A stretch of DNA of 64,000 nucleotides from Candidatus Eiseniibacteriota bacterium (GTDB lineage: Bacteria; Eisenbacteria; RBG-16-71-46). The translations under genes and the position numbers were made by a program. The notes beneath the pieces were generated by a model that did not search any database, was not told the DNA's origin, and saw only the letters and a program-made list of their open reading frames with translations. Each line of letters starts with the position of its first letter. The stretch's first letter is position 1. The stretch spans positions 15,956-79,955 of the forward strand of contig JBGAML010000008.1 in assembly GCA_044223005.1 (NCBI GenBank), read 5' to 3'. Positions 29,033 to 38,415 of this stretch are shown here, in pieces.

Positions 29033-29808
29033 TCCCGGCCCGCCCGCGGCACGTTCCCCACGCCGTCCACCGCTGCGCGCGGTGGACGGCGTTTCTCTGC
29101 GCGCTCGCGCTGGCCGGCGCGGGGCCGGTTGCGGCGCGCGTGCGTCCGGCGCCGGGCGTCCCGTTCGCGCGCGTGCACACCGCCGACCGCCTGGTCGCGC
29201 TCAGCTTCGACGACGGTCCCGGCGCGAACGACTCGCCCGACTCGCTGCTCGCGCTGCTGGCGAGCCGGAACGCGCACGGCACGTTCTTCCTGATCGGCGA
29301 GGAGCTCGCGCGTCGGCCGGAGATCGCGAAGCGGTTGCTCGCCGCCGGCGACGAGATCGCGAACCACTCCTGGTCGCACCCGCGGCTCGACACGTTGGCG
29401 GCGCCGGCTCGGCACGCGGAACTCGCGCGCTCCGATTCGCTCCTGCACGCGCTGGGGGCGAAGGGGCGTCCGCTCTTTCGTCCGCCGTTCGGTGCGTACG
29501 ATTCGCTCATGGTGTCCGAGTTGCGGCGCGACCGCCGCACGGTCGCGCTCTTCGACGTGGATCTCGAGTACGACTTCCCCGGCGTCACGGATCCCGACAG
29601 CCTCGCGGCGCGCACCGTGCTGTGGCTGGGGCCCGGCTCGATCCTCGTCGTGCACCCATGGTACGGCGGCGGCGGTGCGCAGCTCGCGGTGCTGCCGCGG
29701 ATCCTGGACTGGCTCGAGCGGCTCGGCTACCGGATCGTCACCGTGTCCGAACTGCTCGCGCGCGCCCACGGCACCGCCGAGCCTTCGCTCTACCACCGCC
29801 CGGAGTGA
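29029..29808 (+). CDS. Polysaccharide deacetylase (CE4/NodB)
   Basis: SFDDGP, NHSWSH, FRPPFG, ILVVH. Confidence 0.9.
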   Translation: MIPARPRHVPHAVHRCARWTAFLCALALAGAGPVAARVRPAPGVPFARVHTADRLVALSFDDGPGANDSPDSLLALLASRNAHGTFFLIGEELARRPEIAKRLLAAGDEIANHSWSHPRLDTLAAPARHAELARSDSLLHALGAKGRPLFRPPFGAYDSLMVSELRRDRRTVALFDVDLEYDFPGVTDPDSLAARTVLWLGPGSILVVHPWYGGGGAQLAVLPRILDWLERLGYRIVTVSELLARAHGTAEPSLYHRPE

Positions 29809-29821
29809 GCGGCGCGGCCGC

Positions 29822-30217
29822 TCAGGCCTCGCGGACCTCGTGCGTGCGCGCGAGCATGGCGCGCGCGTCTGCGAGCCGGGCGCCGGGGACGAGCAGCAGG
29901 TCCGTGTCGTACGTCGAGAGCGCGAACACCGGCACGCCGGCCTCGGCGAGCGGCTGCACCAGCGCCACCAGAACGCCGGTCTCGTCGAACGGGATCGGTC
30001 CATCCAGCGCGAAGGCGCGCCAGTTCCGCTGCACGTCGCGGTCGACCGAGGGCGGCAGGTCGTACTCGGGGCAGACCAGCGAGAGCTCGTGCGGCGTGCG
30101 CGTCAGGCTCCACGTGGTCTGCGAGGCGTGGAATACCCATGCGGGCAGCGGTGCGTCGGGGGCGAAGCGGCAGATCGCGAAGCGCTCGGGCAGGAGCGCG
30201 AGCGTGCGGCGGTTCAC
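29822..30217 (-). CDS. ACT domain protein (CASTOR/ACT_7-like)
   Basis: SLTRTPHELSLVC, GPIPFDETGVL, FALSTYDTD; GTGA-coupled to the ferredoxin. Confidence 0.85.
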   Translation of the reverse strand: MNRRTLALLPERFAICRFAPDAPLPAWVFHASQTTWSLTRTPHELSLVCPEYDLPPSVDRDVQRNWRAFALDGPIPFDETGVLVALVQPLAEAGVPVFALSTYDTDLLLVPGARLADARAMLARTHEVREA

Positions 30218-30423
30218 GGGAAGACGATCTCGCCCTCGTCGTCGAGCACCTGGATCGCCGAACAGGGGCAGGATTCGGCCGCATCCATGACCTGCGCGGC
30301 GGGCTCGGCCTCGGGATCGAGCACGACGGCGCGGTTCTTCGAGTCGAGCGCGAACACGCCCGGCGCGAGCTCGACGCACGTGCCGTTGCCGCAGCACTCG
30401 TTTCGCAGGATGCGGATCTGCAT
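30214..30423 (-). CDS. Single-cluster ferredoxin (probably 3Fe-4S)
   Basis: CCGNGTC...APGVF...CPCSAI. Confidence 0.9.
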   Translation of the reverse strand: MQIRILRNECCGNGTCVELAPGVFALDSKNRAVVLDPEAEPAAQVMDAAESCPCSAIQVLDDEGEIVFP

Positions 30424-30603
30424 GAGGGAACCTGGCGGGGACGGGTGGGACCGAGGACGGAGTCCGTTCATCATGATGGGCCGACCCCGCGGCTGTAAAG
30501 GCTCCGCTCTGCGACGCGAGTCGCGCCAGTGGCGGCGCGCACGCATCCGGGGCTACATTCCCCGACCGGACCCGTGCTCCGTACCCCTTTCCGCGAGCCT
30601 GTC

Positions 30604-31971
30604 ATGGACGCCCTGACCCAGTACCTCGAGCAGAACCGCGATCGCTTCCTCGACGACCTCAAGTCGGCCCTGCGCATCCCGAGCGTCAGCGCGCAGCCCG
30701 ATCACAAGGCGGAGGTGAAGCGCTGCGCCGAGCACGTCGCGCAGCACATGCGGAACATCGGGATCACGCACGTGGAGATCGTGCCCACGGCGGGGCATCC
30801 GCTCGTCTACGGGGAATGGCTGGGCGCGCCGGGTGCGCCGACGATGCTGCTCTACGGCCACTACGACGTGCAGCCGCCGGAGCCGCTCGACCTGTGGACG
30901 AGCAAGCCGTTCGAGCCCACGGTGCGCGACGGCAAGCTCTACGCGCGCGGCGCCTGCGACGACAAGGGCCAGATCTACATGCACTTCTCGGCCATGGCCG
31001 CGCACTTCGCGGTGAACGGCAAGCTGCCGGTCAACGTGAAGATCGTGATCGAGGGCGAGGAGGAGGTGGGCAGCGAGAACCTCGGGCCTTTCCTGAAGCA
31101 GTGGAAGGAGCGCCTCGCCGCCGACGTCGTCGTGGTGAGCGACACGAGCATGCTCGGTCCCGACCAGCCCGCGCTCTGCTACGCGCTGCGCGGCCTGCTC
31201 TACACGCAGGTCGAGGTGACCGGCCCGACGCGCGACCTGCACTCGGGCGAGTTCGGCGGTGCGGTGATGAATCCCGCGAACGCGCTCGCGCAGATCATCG
31301 CCGGCCTCAAGGACGCCGACGGCCGCGTCACGGTGCCGGGCTTCTACGACCGCGTGCGCGAGCTGACGCCGCTCGAGCGCCAGGCGATGGCCGACCTGCC
31401 CTTCGACGAAGCCGGCTTCATCCGCGAGAGCGGTGCCCCCGAGGCGTTCGGCGAGAAGGGCTACACGACGATGGAGCGCATCTCCTCGCGCCCGACGCTC
31501 GACGTGAACGGCATGTGGAGCGGGTACATCGGCGAGGGCGCCAAGACCGTGCTGCCCAGCTTCGCCGCCGCCAAGATCAGCATGCGGCTCGTGCCCGACC
31601 AGGATCCGGCCGCGATCTTCCCCGCGTACGAGGCGCACGTCCGCCAGCTGGCGCCGAAGGGCGTGACGGTGAAGGTCATCGACCACCACGGCGCAGTCCC
31701 GTTCATCACCTCACCCGAGCACCCGATGATGCAGGCCGCCACCCGCGCGCTCGCGCGTGCGTGGACCAAGAAGCCGGCGCTCTTCCGCGAGGGCGGCTCG
31801 ATCCCCGTCATGGCGCTCTTCCAGCAGGTGCTCGGGCTGCCGAGCATCCTCATGGGCTTCGGCCTGCACGACGACCAGGTGCACGCGCCCAACGAGAAGT
31901 TCTCGCTCACGTCGTTCCACGGCGGCACCAAGAGCTGCGCCTACCTCTACGAAGAGCTTGCGCGCGGCTGA
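30604..31971 (+). CDS. M20 family dipeptidase
   Basis: YGHYDVQP, ARGACDDKGQ, EGEEE, DLHSG, GGSIP, HAPNE. Confidence 0.95.
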   Translation: MDALTQYLEQNRDRFLDDLKSALRIPSVSAQPDHKAEVKRCAEHVAQHMRNIGITHVEIVPTAGHPLVYGEWLGAPGAPTMLLYGHYDVQPPEPLDLWTSKPFEPTVRDGKLYARGACDDKGQIYMHFSAMAAHFAVNGKLPVNVKIVIEGEEEVGSENLGPFLKQWKERLAADVVVVSDTSMLGPDQPALCYALRGLLYTQVEVTGPTRDLHSGEFGGAVMNPANALAQIIAGLKDADGRVTVPGFYDRVRELTPLERQAMADLPFDEAGFIRESGAPEAFGEKGYTTMERISSRPTLDVNGMWSGYIGEGAKTVLPSFAAAKISMRLVPDQDPAAIFPAYEAHVRQLAPKGVTVKVIDHHGAVPFITSPEHPMMQAATRALARAWTKKPALFREGGSIPVMALFQQVLGLPSILMGFGLHDDQVHAPNEKFSLTSFHGGTKSCAYLYEELARG

Positions 31972-32047
31972 CCCGATCACCCGACCGCGCGCGGCGGCGC
32001 GGCTCACGTCCGCCGCGCCTGCCGTCGCTCGCCGCGCCCTCGCGTGG

Positions 32048-32737
32048 TTGCGCGAGCACGGCCGTGGCGCCGCCGACCATCCCGCCTCGGGCGGCTACGG
32101 CACGCGCGAAACGAGGCTGGGCGTGACGCTGCCCGAGCTCGACGCGTACTCGCGCGAGCTCGCGCGCGAAGCGAAGGCGTGGCCGCCGCGCGAGGCCGTG
32201 GCGCTGGCGCGAGCGCTGGCCGGCGCGGGCGTGTTCGAGGCGCGGCTGCTCGCGAACCAGTTCCTGCTCCGGCATCGCGCGGGCGCGGCGGCGCTCACGG
32301 CCGCCGACCTCGAAGCGATCGGCGCGGGCAACGACAACTGGGCCGCGACCGACTCGTTCGCCTGCTACGTCGCGGGCCCCGCGTGGCGCACCGGCCGCAT
32401 TCCCGACGCGCGCGTGCACCGCTGGGCGCGCTCGCGCGACCGCTGGTGGCGGCGCACGGCGCTGGCCGCGACGGTGGCGCTCAACGTGAAGGCGCGGGGC
32501 GGCGCGGGCGACGTGCCGCGCACGCTCGCCGTGTGCGAGACGGCCGTCGCGGACCGCGACGAGATGATCGTGAAGGCGCTGTCGTGGGCACTGCGCTCGG
32601 CGCTGCCGCACGACCCCGCGGCCGTGCGCGCGTTCGTGGCCCGGCACGAGGACTCGCTCGCGGCGCTCGTCCGGCGCGAGGTGGCGACCAAGCTCTCGAC
32701 CGGTCGCAAGCACGCGCCCCGGGGAGCCGCACGATGA
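32048..32737 (+). CDS. DNA alkylation repair (AlkD-like HEAT repeat) protein; start uncertain
   Basis: LGVTLPEL, DNWAATD, WARS..WWRR, IVKALSWALR, LVRREV. Confidence 0.8.
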   Translation: MREHGRGAADHPASGGYGTRETRLGVTLPELDAYSRELAREAKAWPPREAVALARALAGAGVFEARLLANQFLLRHRAGAAALTAADLEAIGAGNDNWAATDSFACYVAGPAWRTGRIPDARVHRWARSRDRWWRRTALAATVALNVKARGGAGDVPRTLAVCETAVADRDEMIVKALSWALRSALPHDPAAVRAFVARHEDSLAALVRREVATKLSTGRKHAPRGAAR

Positions 32738-34158
32738 AGCGGCTCGTGCTGGCGCTCGTGCTGCTCGCGCTCGTCGTGCCGCGCGCCTTCGCCGGCGCGG
32801 GGGATGCGCGCACGCTGGTCGTGCGGGGCATCGTGCTCGCGCCCGACGGCTCGCCGCTCCCGGGCGCCCACATCACCGCGCGCGGCAGCGCGAACCTGTC
32901 CGCGCTCACCGATCCGCGCGGGCGTTACACGCTCTCGGTGCCGATCGGTTCCGCCGCGAGCCTCAGGCGCGGTGCGTTCTCGCTCGAAGTCCGCGCCGAA
33001 GAATCCGGACGCCGGCTCGCGCTCGGCGCCGGGGCGCCCGCGCTCGCGGTCGAGGTCTCGCTCGCGCCTGGTGGCAGCCGCGTGCGCGTGCGCTCGAACT
33101 CGCAGGAGGCGACCTCGGCGATCGCGACCGCGTTCGCGCAGGATCGTGCGACCACCGCGTGGGTCGAGGCCGACTTCGGTGGCGCCGCGCGGCCCTCGGG
33201 GAGCCTGGCGCTCACCGCGGTCGACGAGGTGCGCCTCGACGGCGGCGCTTCGCCCGCCACGGGCGAGAGCGGTGCGGTCGCGCCGAGGCGGCCGCGCGTC
33301 GATTCGCTCCCGCACGCCGCGGCGCCGCCGGCCCCCGCGCCGGCGCCCGCGCCGCCGGCCGATCGCGCGCGCCGCGACTCGCTCGCCCGTGCGCGCGCCG
33401 CCGCGGCGGCCGAGGCGAAGGCGTTCGCGGACAGCGTGCAGCGCATGCGCCGCGGGCCGCGGCCGCTCACGAACTCCGCGAGTGCCGAGGAGCGTCGCGT
33501 GCGCGCCCGGCTCGACAGCCTGATGCGCGTGCGCTCCGACTCTGCGTCGCGCGCCCGCGCGAACGTGCGTGACAGCGTCGCGCGCGCCCGCCAGGCGGCC
33601 GCGAGCGCGGCGCAGCGCGCGTGGAGCGACTCCCTCGCACGCGCGCACGCCGCCCAGCTCGACGCGCAGCGCCGGCAGCAGGCCGAGGCGAAGGCGCGGC
33701 GCGACAGCGTGCGCGCGTCGCGCACCGCGGCACGCACCGGCGTCCGCGCGCCGAAGACGCCCGCGCCGCCGGTCGTGTCCGTGACCGAGGCGCCGCCGAA
33801 GCCCGCGCCCGCGCCCGCGCCCGCGCCGGCGCGCGCGACGGCCCCCGCGCGCGCCGTGGACTCGTGCGCGTGCCACATCCGCGGCACGGTCGAGATCGAG
33901 TGGGACCGCCCGCTGGAGCGCAACTTCCCGATCGGGATCACGCTCGAGGGCCCGGTCAGCCAGCGCGCGGATGTCGACATGTTCATCGGCTCGCCGCGCG
34001 AGTTCCGCTTCGGGCCCGTGCCGTGCGGCGACTACCGGCTCGTCGTGCATCCGGAGAGCCGGCTGCGTTACACGCTCGCGCGCGGCGACTCCGTGTTCGC
34101 GCTGCCGTGCCGCGGCGCCACCCAGGCGCGGCTCGTGCTGGTGCCCGCGAAGCGGTAG
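32734..34158 (+). CDS. Exported protein with carboxypeptidase-regulatory-like N-domain and Ala/Arg/Pro-rich stalk
   Basis: Signal peptide; VRGIV..DGSPLPGA..TDPRGRYTL; repeated RRDS-like helical units; Cys-containing C-domain. Confidence 0.65.
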   Translation: MKRLVLALVLLALVVPRAFAGAGDARTLVVRGIVLAPDGSPLPGAHITARGSANLSALTDPRGRYTLSVPIGSAASLRRGAFSLEVRAEESGRRLALGAGAPALAVEVSLAPGGSRVRVRSNSQEATSAIATAFAQDRATTAWVEADFGGAARPSGSLALTAVDEVRLDGGASPATGESGAVAPRRPRVDSLPHAAAPPAPAPAPAPPADRARRDSLARARAAAAAEAKAFADSVQRMRRGPRPLTNSASAEERRVRARLDSLMRVRSDSASRARANVRDSVARARQAAASAAQRAWSDSLARAHAAQLDAQRRQQAEAKARRDSVRASRTAARTGVRAPKTPAPPVVSVTEAPPKPAPAPAPAPARATAPARAVDSCACHIRGTVEIEWDRPLERNFPIGITLEGPVSQRADVDMFIGSPREFRFGPVPCGDYRLVVHPESRLRYTLARGDSVFALPCRGATQARLVLVPAKR

Positions 34159-34165
34159 CGGGCGT

Positions 34166-34624
34166 TCAGCGCGTGTAGATGTCCGGGTCCCAGCGGTGCA
34201 TCCACCGCTCGGGATTCGCGATCGGCGTGAAACCGAACTTCGCGTAGAGCGCGTGCGCGTCGCGCGTCGCCAGCACCCAGCGCCGCAGTCCCTGCACGTC
34301 CGGATGCGACACGATGCACTCCATCAGCCACGTCGCCAGCCCGCGTCCGCGCCACGCCTCGAGCACGTAGACGTCGGCGAGATAGGCGAACGTCGCGCGG
34401 TCGGTGACGAGCCGGGCGAAGCCGATCTGCTCGCCCGCGACCAGGCAGGCGTCCGGTGACGTCGCGTAGAGCCCGAAGCAGAGCGAGCCCTCGATCGCGC
34501 GCCGCATCACCGCGAGCGGGATGCCCTTCGCCCAGTAGCTCTGGGCGAGGAAGGCGTGCACGGCCGCGACGTCGATCCGAGACGTCTCGGTGTCGACCGC
34601 GAACATGTCGCGTTCCCAGAGCAC
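34166..34624 (-). CDS. GNAT N-acetyltransferase
   Basis: SYWAKGI, QIGFARLVTD..FAYLADVYV..RGRGL, LATRDAHALY.KFGF. Confidence 0.92.
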   Translation of the reverse strand: MLWERDMFAVDTETSRIDVAAVHAFLAQSYWAKGIPLAVMRRAIEGSLCFGLYATSPDACLVAGEQIGFARLVTDRATFAYLADVYVLEAWRGRGLATWLMECIVSHPDVQGLRRWVLATRDAHALYAKFGFTPIANPERWMHRWDPDIYTR

Positions 34625-34628
34625 GCTG

Positions 34629-35138
34629 CTATCCGTTCGTGCGGTAGTTGCCGAACTTGAGCTCGACGCCGAAGTCGTGCCCGCGCAGCAGCGCCATCGC
34701 GCCCTGCAGGTCGTCCTTGCTCGCCGAGGAGATGCGCACCGTGTCGCCCTGGATGGCCGACTGCACCTTCTTGAGCTTGGCGTCCTTGAGGAACTTCACG
34801 ATCTCGCGGCACAGGTCACTCGAGAGCCCGGTCGTGAGCGTCACGACCTGCCGCAGCGACGAACCGGCCGCGGACTCGGGGTTGCCGCGCGTCAGGTTCT
34901 GCACCGGCACCTTGCGTTTGACCATCTTGCCCTGCAGCACTTCCCAGACGGCGCCGAGCTTGTAGTCGTCGGGCGCCGCGAGCGTGATGGTGCCCGCCTT
35001 CTCGTCGAGCGTGATCTCCACCTTCACGCCCTTGAAGTCGTAGCGCTGCGTGATCTCCTTGGTGGCCTGGTCGACGGCGTTGTTCACTTCCATCATGTCG
35101 ACGCCGGTCGTGACGTCGAACGAACTCGTGGTGGCCAT
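34629..35138 (-). CDS. yajQ: YajQ family nucleotide/c-di-GMP-binding protein
   Basis: SFDV..VDMMEVNNAVDQ..EI..RYDFKG, IQGD.VR, KDDLQ, FGNYR. Confidence 0.95.
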   Translation of the reverse strand: MATTSSFDVTTGVDMMEVNNAVDQATKEITQRYDFKGVKVEITLDEKAGTITLAAPDDYKLGAVWEVLQGKMVKRKVPVQNLTRGNPESAAGSSLRQVVTLTTGLSSDLCREIVKFLKDAKLKKVQSAIQGDTVRISSASKDDLQGAMALLRGHDFGVELKFGNYRTNG

Positions 35139-35158
35139 GCGTTCTCCTTCGAGTGGAA

Positions 35159-35716
35159 CTAGCGCCGGCGGGGCTTCGCCGCCGGGCGCGAGGCCGGCTT
35201 CGGCCGCGTGCGCCGCGCCGCCGGGACGGCCCGGGTCAGGCGCAGGCCGGCGATCCGGTCCGTGATCTCGCGGGCGCTTTGGGACGGGCGGTCGAGGATC
35301 TCCTCGCGCACCGCGCGCATCGCGTGGCGCTGGGTCGCCCAGATCACCCGGCGCGCGGCCTCGGCGGGCGAGACGAAGGCGTACAGGTCGTGCTCGTGCG
35401 AGAGGGTGACCGTGTCGGTCCACGCGACCTCGGCCGCGAACGTGGGTACCGCGGTCACCTCGTCGCGGGCGATGAGATAGAAGACGGAGAGGTACTCCAG
35501 CGCCCACCAGCGAATCGGGATAAGTCCAGTTTCTTCAAGGACTTCCCGCGCTGCGGCCCGCCAGGTCGCCTCGCGCTTCTCGATCCCACCCGTGACTGGC
35601 TGCCAGACCCCGGCCAACGTGCGGTCCGCAGCCCGGCGGATGAGCAGGAACTCCACGCGCTTGCCGCGGCGGCGGAAGAGGTGGACCTCGATGAACCGGG
35701 TGGCGATCGGGCGCAT
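35159..35716 (-). CDS. NUDIX hydrolase (NudB-like)
   Basis: WQPVTGGIE..E...AAAREVLEETG, LSHEH. Confidence 0.88.
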   Translation of the reverse strand: MRPIATRFIEVHLFRRRGKRVEFLLIRRAADRTLAGVWQPVTGGIEKREATWRAAAREVLEETGLIPIRWWALEYLSVFYLIARDEVTAVPTFAAEVAWTDTVTLSHEHDLYAFVSPAEAARRVIWATQRHAMRAVREEILDRPSQSAREITDRIAGLRLTRAVPAARRTRPKPASRPAAKPRRR

Positions 35717-35815
35717 GGCGCGCACGCTATCCGCATCGGCGCCGCCCCGGCAAGCCGCTTTCCACGTGTCAGATGGCCCCTGTGGAAAGTTCTGGCGCCG
35801 GGCTCGCAATCGCGC

Positions 35816-35844
35816 TTGACCGTTTCCTGCGGTTCGCCTACCTT
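35816..35844 (+). promoter_or_regulatory. sigma70 promoter of the atp operon
   Basis: TTGACC-N17-TACCTT. Confidence 0.6.
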
Positions 35845-35920
35845 GCCGCGGTTCCATCGGCACCCCGTTGGGCCGCATCACCGCCGATGGCTTGTGAAAA
35901 CTTTCACCGGGGCGCGCCGC

Positions 35921-36175
35921 ATGAGTCCATCCAGCGGGCGGAGACCTGACCCTTCCGGGCTTCGGTCCGCCGGCATGCTGCTCGCCATCCCGGGCTTGCT
36001 CGTCGTTTCTCCTCTCGTGGGTTTCTTCCTGGGCAAGTACGCGGATCGGTGGCTCAAGACCACGCCGTGGCTGTCGATGGTCGGCCTGGTCCTGGGTTTC
36101 GTCGCCGCCGGTCGCGAGATCTTCGCGATCATCCAACGAGTGCAGTCCGAACAGGAGAAGGATACGCGCCGCTGA
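35921..36175 (+). CDS. AtpZ/AtpI family 2-TM protein
   Basis: GFFLGKYADRWLKTTPW..VGLVLGFVAAG; first gene of the atp operon. Confidence 0.85.
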   Translation: MSPSSGRRPDPSGLRSAGMLLAIPGLLVVSPLVGFFLGKYADRWLKTTPWLSMVGLVLGFVAAGREIFAIIQRVQSEQEKDTRR

Positions 36176-36201
36176 CCCCTCGGTCCGGCGCCCCCGCCGC
36201 C

Positions 36202-37608
36202 ATGGGCCTCGAGTTCCTCGCACGTATCCGCCGCACGTCGCTCTGGGCGACGGCTCTGATCGCGCTGTTCGTGGCCGTCCGCGTCTCCTACGCGGCGGGC
36301 ATCGCCGTCGCCGCGGGCTCGTTCTGGTCGCTCGCGAACCTGTCGCTGCTCGAGGTCATCGTCACGAGCCTGACGGGTGGCGCGCACGCCAAGCGACGCG
36401 CGCTGTTCGCCGGCCTCGCCAACGTCGGCCTGCTGGGTGTCGGCGCGCTGCTGCTGCTGAGGCTCCCGGGCCTCGCGCTCGTGGGCGGCTTCACGGTCCC
36501 GCTCGCGGTGATCGCGCTCAAGGCCGCTTCGCAGGTGCTGCTCGCGTCGAGCTTCTGGGCGAGCCTCGTGCGCAGCCCGTGGCGCGCGACCGCGCTCGTC
36601 GCGACGCTCGCCGTGGCCACGTGGTTCGGCGGCACCGCGCTCGCGCGTGCGCAGGCCGATCACGCCGAACATGCGGCGCCCGCCGCCACCGCGCCGGCCG
36701 AGACGCCCGCGCCCGCGGAGCACGCGGCCGAGGGCGAGCACGCCGCGGCCGGCGAGCACGCGGCGGCCGACGGCGAGCACGCCGAGACCGGTCCCAAGGA
36801 GTTCGACAACGTGCTCACGATCCTCGTGAAGGCCAACGAGGACAAGCCGTGGGCGCACGTGGTCCACCAGTTCGAGAACGTGATCTTCTCCGCGTTCGTC
36901 GCGCTGATCCTCTGCATCGTCGCGTTCTTCGCGACCCGCAACTTCCGGATGATCCCGAGCGGCCTGCAGAACGCGGTCGAGGCGATCATCGAGCCCGTCT
37001 ACAACCAGGTCTGCGAGATCCTGGGTCCCAAGTACGGGCCGCGCTACGCGCCGTTCCTCGGCAGCCTCTTCCTCTACATCTTCTTCATGAACCTGCTCGG
37101 CGTCGTGCCGCTCATGAAGTCGCCGACGTCGAACCTCAACGTCACGTTCGCGCTCGCGATCACGGTGTTCGTCTACGTGCAGTTCACGGCGATCCGCGAG
37201 AGCGGCCTGCTCGGCTGGCTCGACCACATGGCCGGCAGCCCGCGGACGCCGATCGAGTGGGGCCTCGTCCCACTGGCGTTCCCGATTCACGTGATCGGCG
37301 AACTCGCCAAGCCCGTGTCGCTCTCGTGCCGACTGTTCGGGAACATCTTCGGCGAGGACATGCTCCTCGTCGGGTTCGCGACGCTCGGCATCGGCGCCAT
37401 GTCGGCGATGCACCTCGGCGGCCTGCCCTTCGGCCTGCCGCTGCACTTCGTGTTCCTGTTCCTCGCACTGCTCACGAGCTTCGTGCAGGCCATGGTCTTC
37501 GCGATGCTCAGCACGATCTACTTCCTGCTCATGCTGCCCCACGACCACGGTCACGAACACGACCACGGTCCCGGACACGGAGCGGAAGCGCACCACGCAG
37601 CCCACTGA
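36202..37608 (+). CDS. atpB: ATP synthase subunit a with fused N-terminal AtpI-like 4-TM domain
   Basis: PSGLQN, NLLG..P..SPT, PVSLSCRLFGNI, QAMVF; uninterrupted ~120-aa hydrophobic N-domain and His-rich linker. Confidence 0.93.
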   Translation: MGLEFLARIRRTSLWATALIALFVAVRVSYAAGIAVAAGSFWSLANLSLLEVIVTSLTGGAHAKRRALFAGLANVGLLGVGALLLLRLPGLALVGGFTVPLAVIALKAASQVLLASSFWASLVRSPWRATALVATLAVATWFGGTALARAQADHAEHAAPAATAPAETPAPAEHAAEGEHAAAGEHAAADGEHAETGPKEFDNVLTILVKANEDKPWAHVVHQFENVIFSAFVALILCIVAFFATRNFRMIPSGLQNAVEAIIEPVYNQVCEILGPKYGPRYAPFLGSLFLYIFFMNLLGVVPLMKSPTSNLNVTFALAITVFVYVQFTAIRESGLLGWLDHMAGSPRTPIEWGLVPLAFPIHVIGELAKPVSLSCRLFGNIFGEDMLLVGFATLGIGAMSAMHLGGLPFGLPLHFVFLFLALLTSFVQAMVFAMLSTIYFLLMLPHDHGHEHDHGPGHGAEAHHAAH

Positions 37609-37628
37609 CCCAGAACGGAGGTTGAGAG

Positions 37629-37859
37629 ATGGACTTCCACAGCGCACTTGGCCTGGCTCTTCCCCTCGGCGTCGGCGTCGCCGCCATCGGCTCCGGCATC
37701 GGCCTCGGCATGATCGGCAACGGCGCCCTGCAGGCGATGGGCCGTCAGCCGGAAGCGATCGCGAAGCTGCAGACCGCCATGATCATCATCGGCGCGTTCG
37801 CCGAAGCGCTCACGATCTACGCGTTCGTCACCGTGTTCCTCCTCTCGGGCAAGATCTGA
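37629..37859 (+). CDS. atpE: ATP synthase subunit c
   Basis: GxGxG, RQPE, E(AL). Confidence 0.97.
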   Translation: MDFHSALGLALPLGVGVAAIGSGIGLGMIGNGALQAMGRQPEAIAKLQTAMIIIGAFAEALTIYAFVTVFLLSGKI

Positions 37860-37923
37860 CGCACGACACGCCAGCGGGGCCGCGCGGCGCCTTCCGGCGC
37901 GGGCGCGTTCCCGGGGAGCACGC

Positions 37924-38415
37924 ATGAACGGTCTGATCGACATCAAACTCGTACTCACCCAGATCCTGGGCTTCCTCGTCATGGTCTGGATCCTCGGGCG
38001 TTTCGCCTGGGGTCCGATCGTGCAGGGGCTCGAGGCGCGCCGGCAGAAGATCGCCGGTGACTTCGCCGAGGCCGAGCGGCGCCAGCGCGAGGCCGACCAG
38101 CTCAAGGCGAAGTACGAGCAGGAGCTTCGTGGCGTCGAGGTGCAGGCGCGCCAGCGGATCCAGGAAGCCGTCGCGGAGGGCCAGAAGGTCGCCGAGGAGA
38201 TCAAGGCGCAGGCCCACACGGAGGCCCAGGCCCGGTTGCACCGCGCCGAGGAGGAAGTGGCCCGCCAGCGTGAGAAGGAGAAGGAGCTGGTGAAGGAGAA
38301 GATCGTCGATCTCTCCATCCGCACGGCCGAGAAGATCCTCCGCGCCAAGCTCGATGATCCGGCCCAGCGTCGTCTGGCCGCCGAGTTCATCGACGAGGTC
38401 GGGTCCGCACGATGA
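37924..38415 (+). CDS. atpF: ATP synthase subunit b
   Basis: N-terminal TM + coiled coil; operon position. Confidence 0.95.
   Translation: MNGLIDIKLVLTQILGFLVMVWILGRFAWGPIVQGLEARRQKIAGDFAEAERRQREADQLKAKYEQELRGVEVQARQRIQEAVAEGQKVAEEIKAQAHTEAQARLHRAEEEVARQREKEKELVKEKIVDLSIRTAEKILRAKLDDPAQRRLAAEFIDEVGSAR

Noticed and set aside
37629..37859. Na+-translocating or N-ATPase assignment
   Set aside because: c-subunit lacks Gln and ES/ET ligands; gene order is the standard F-type with delta present
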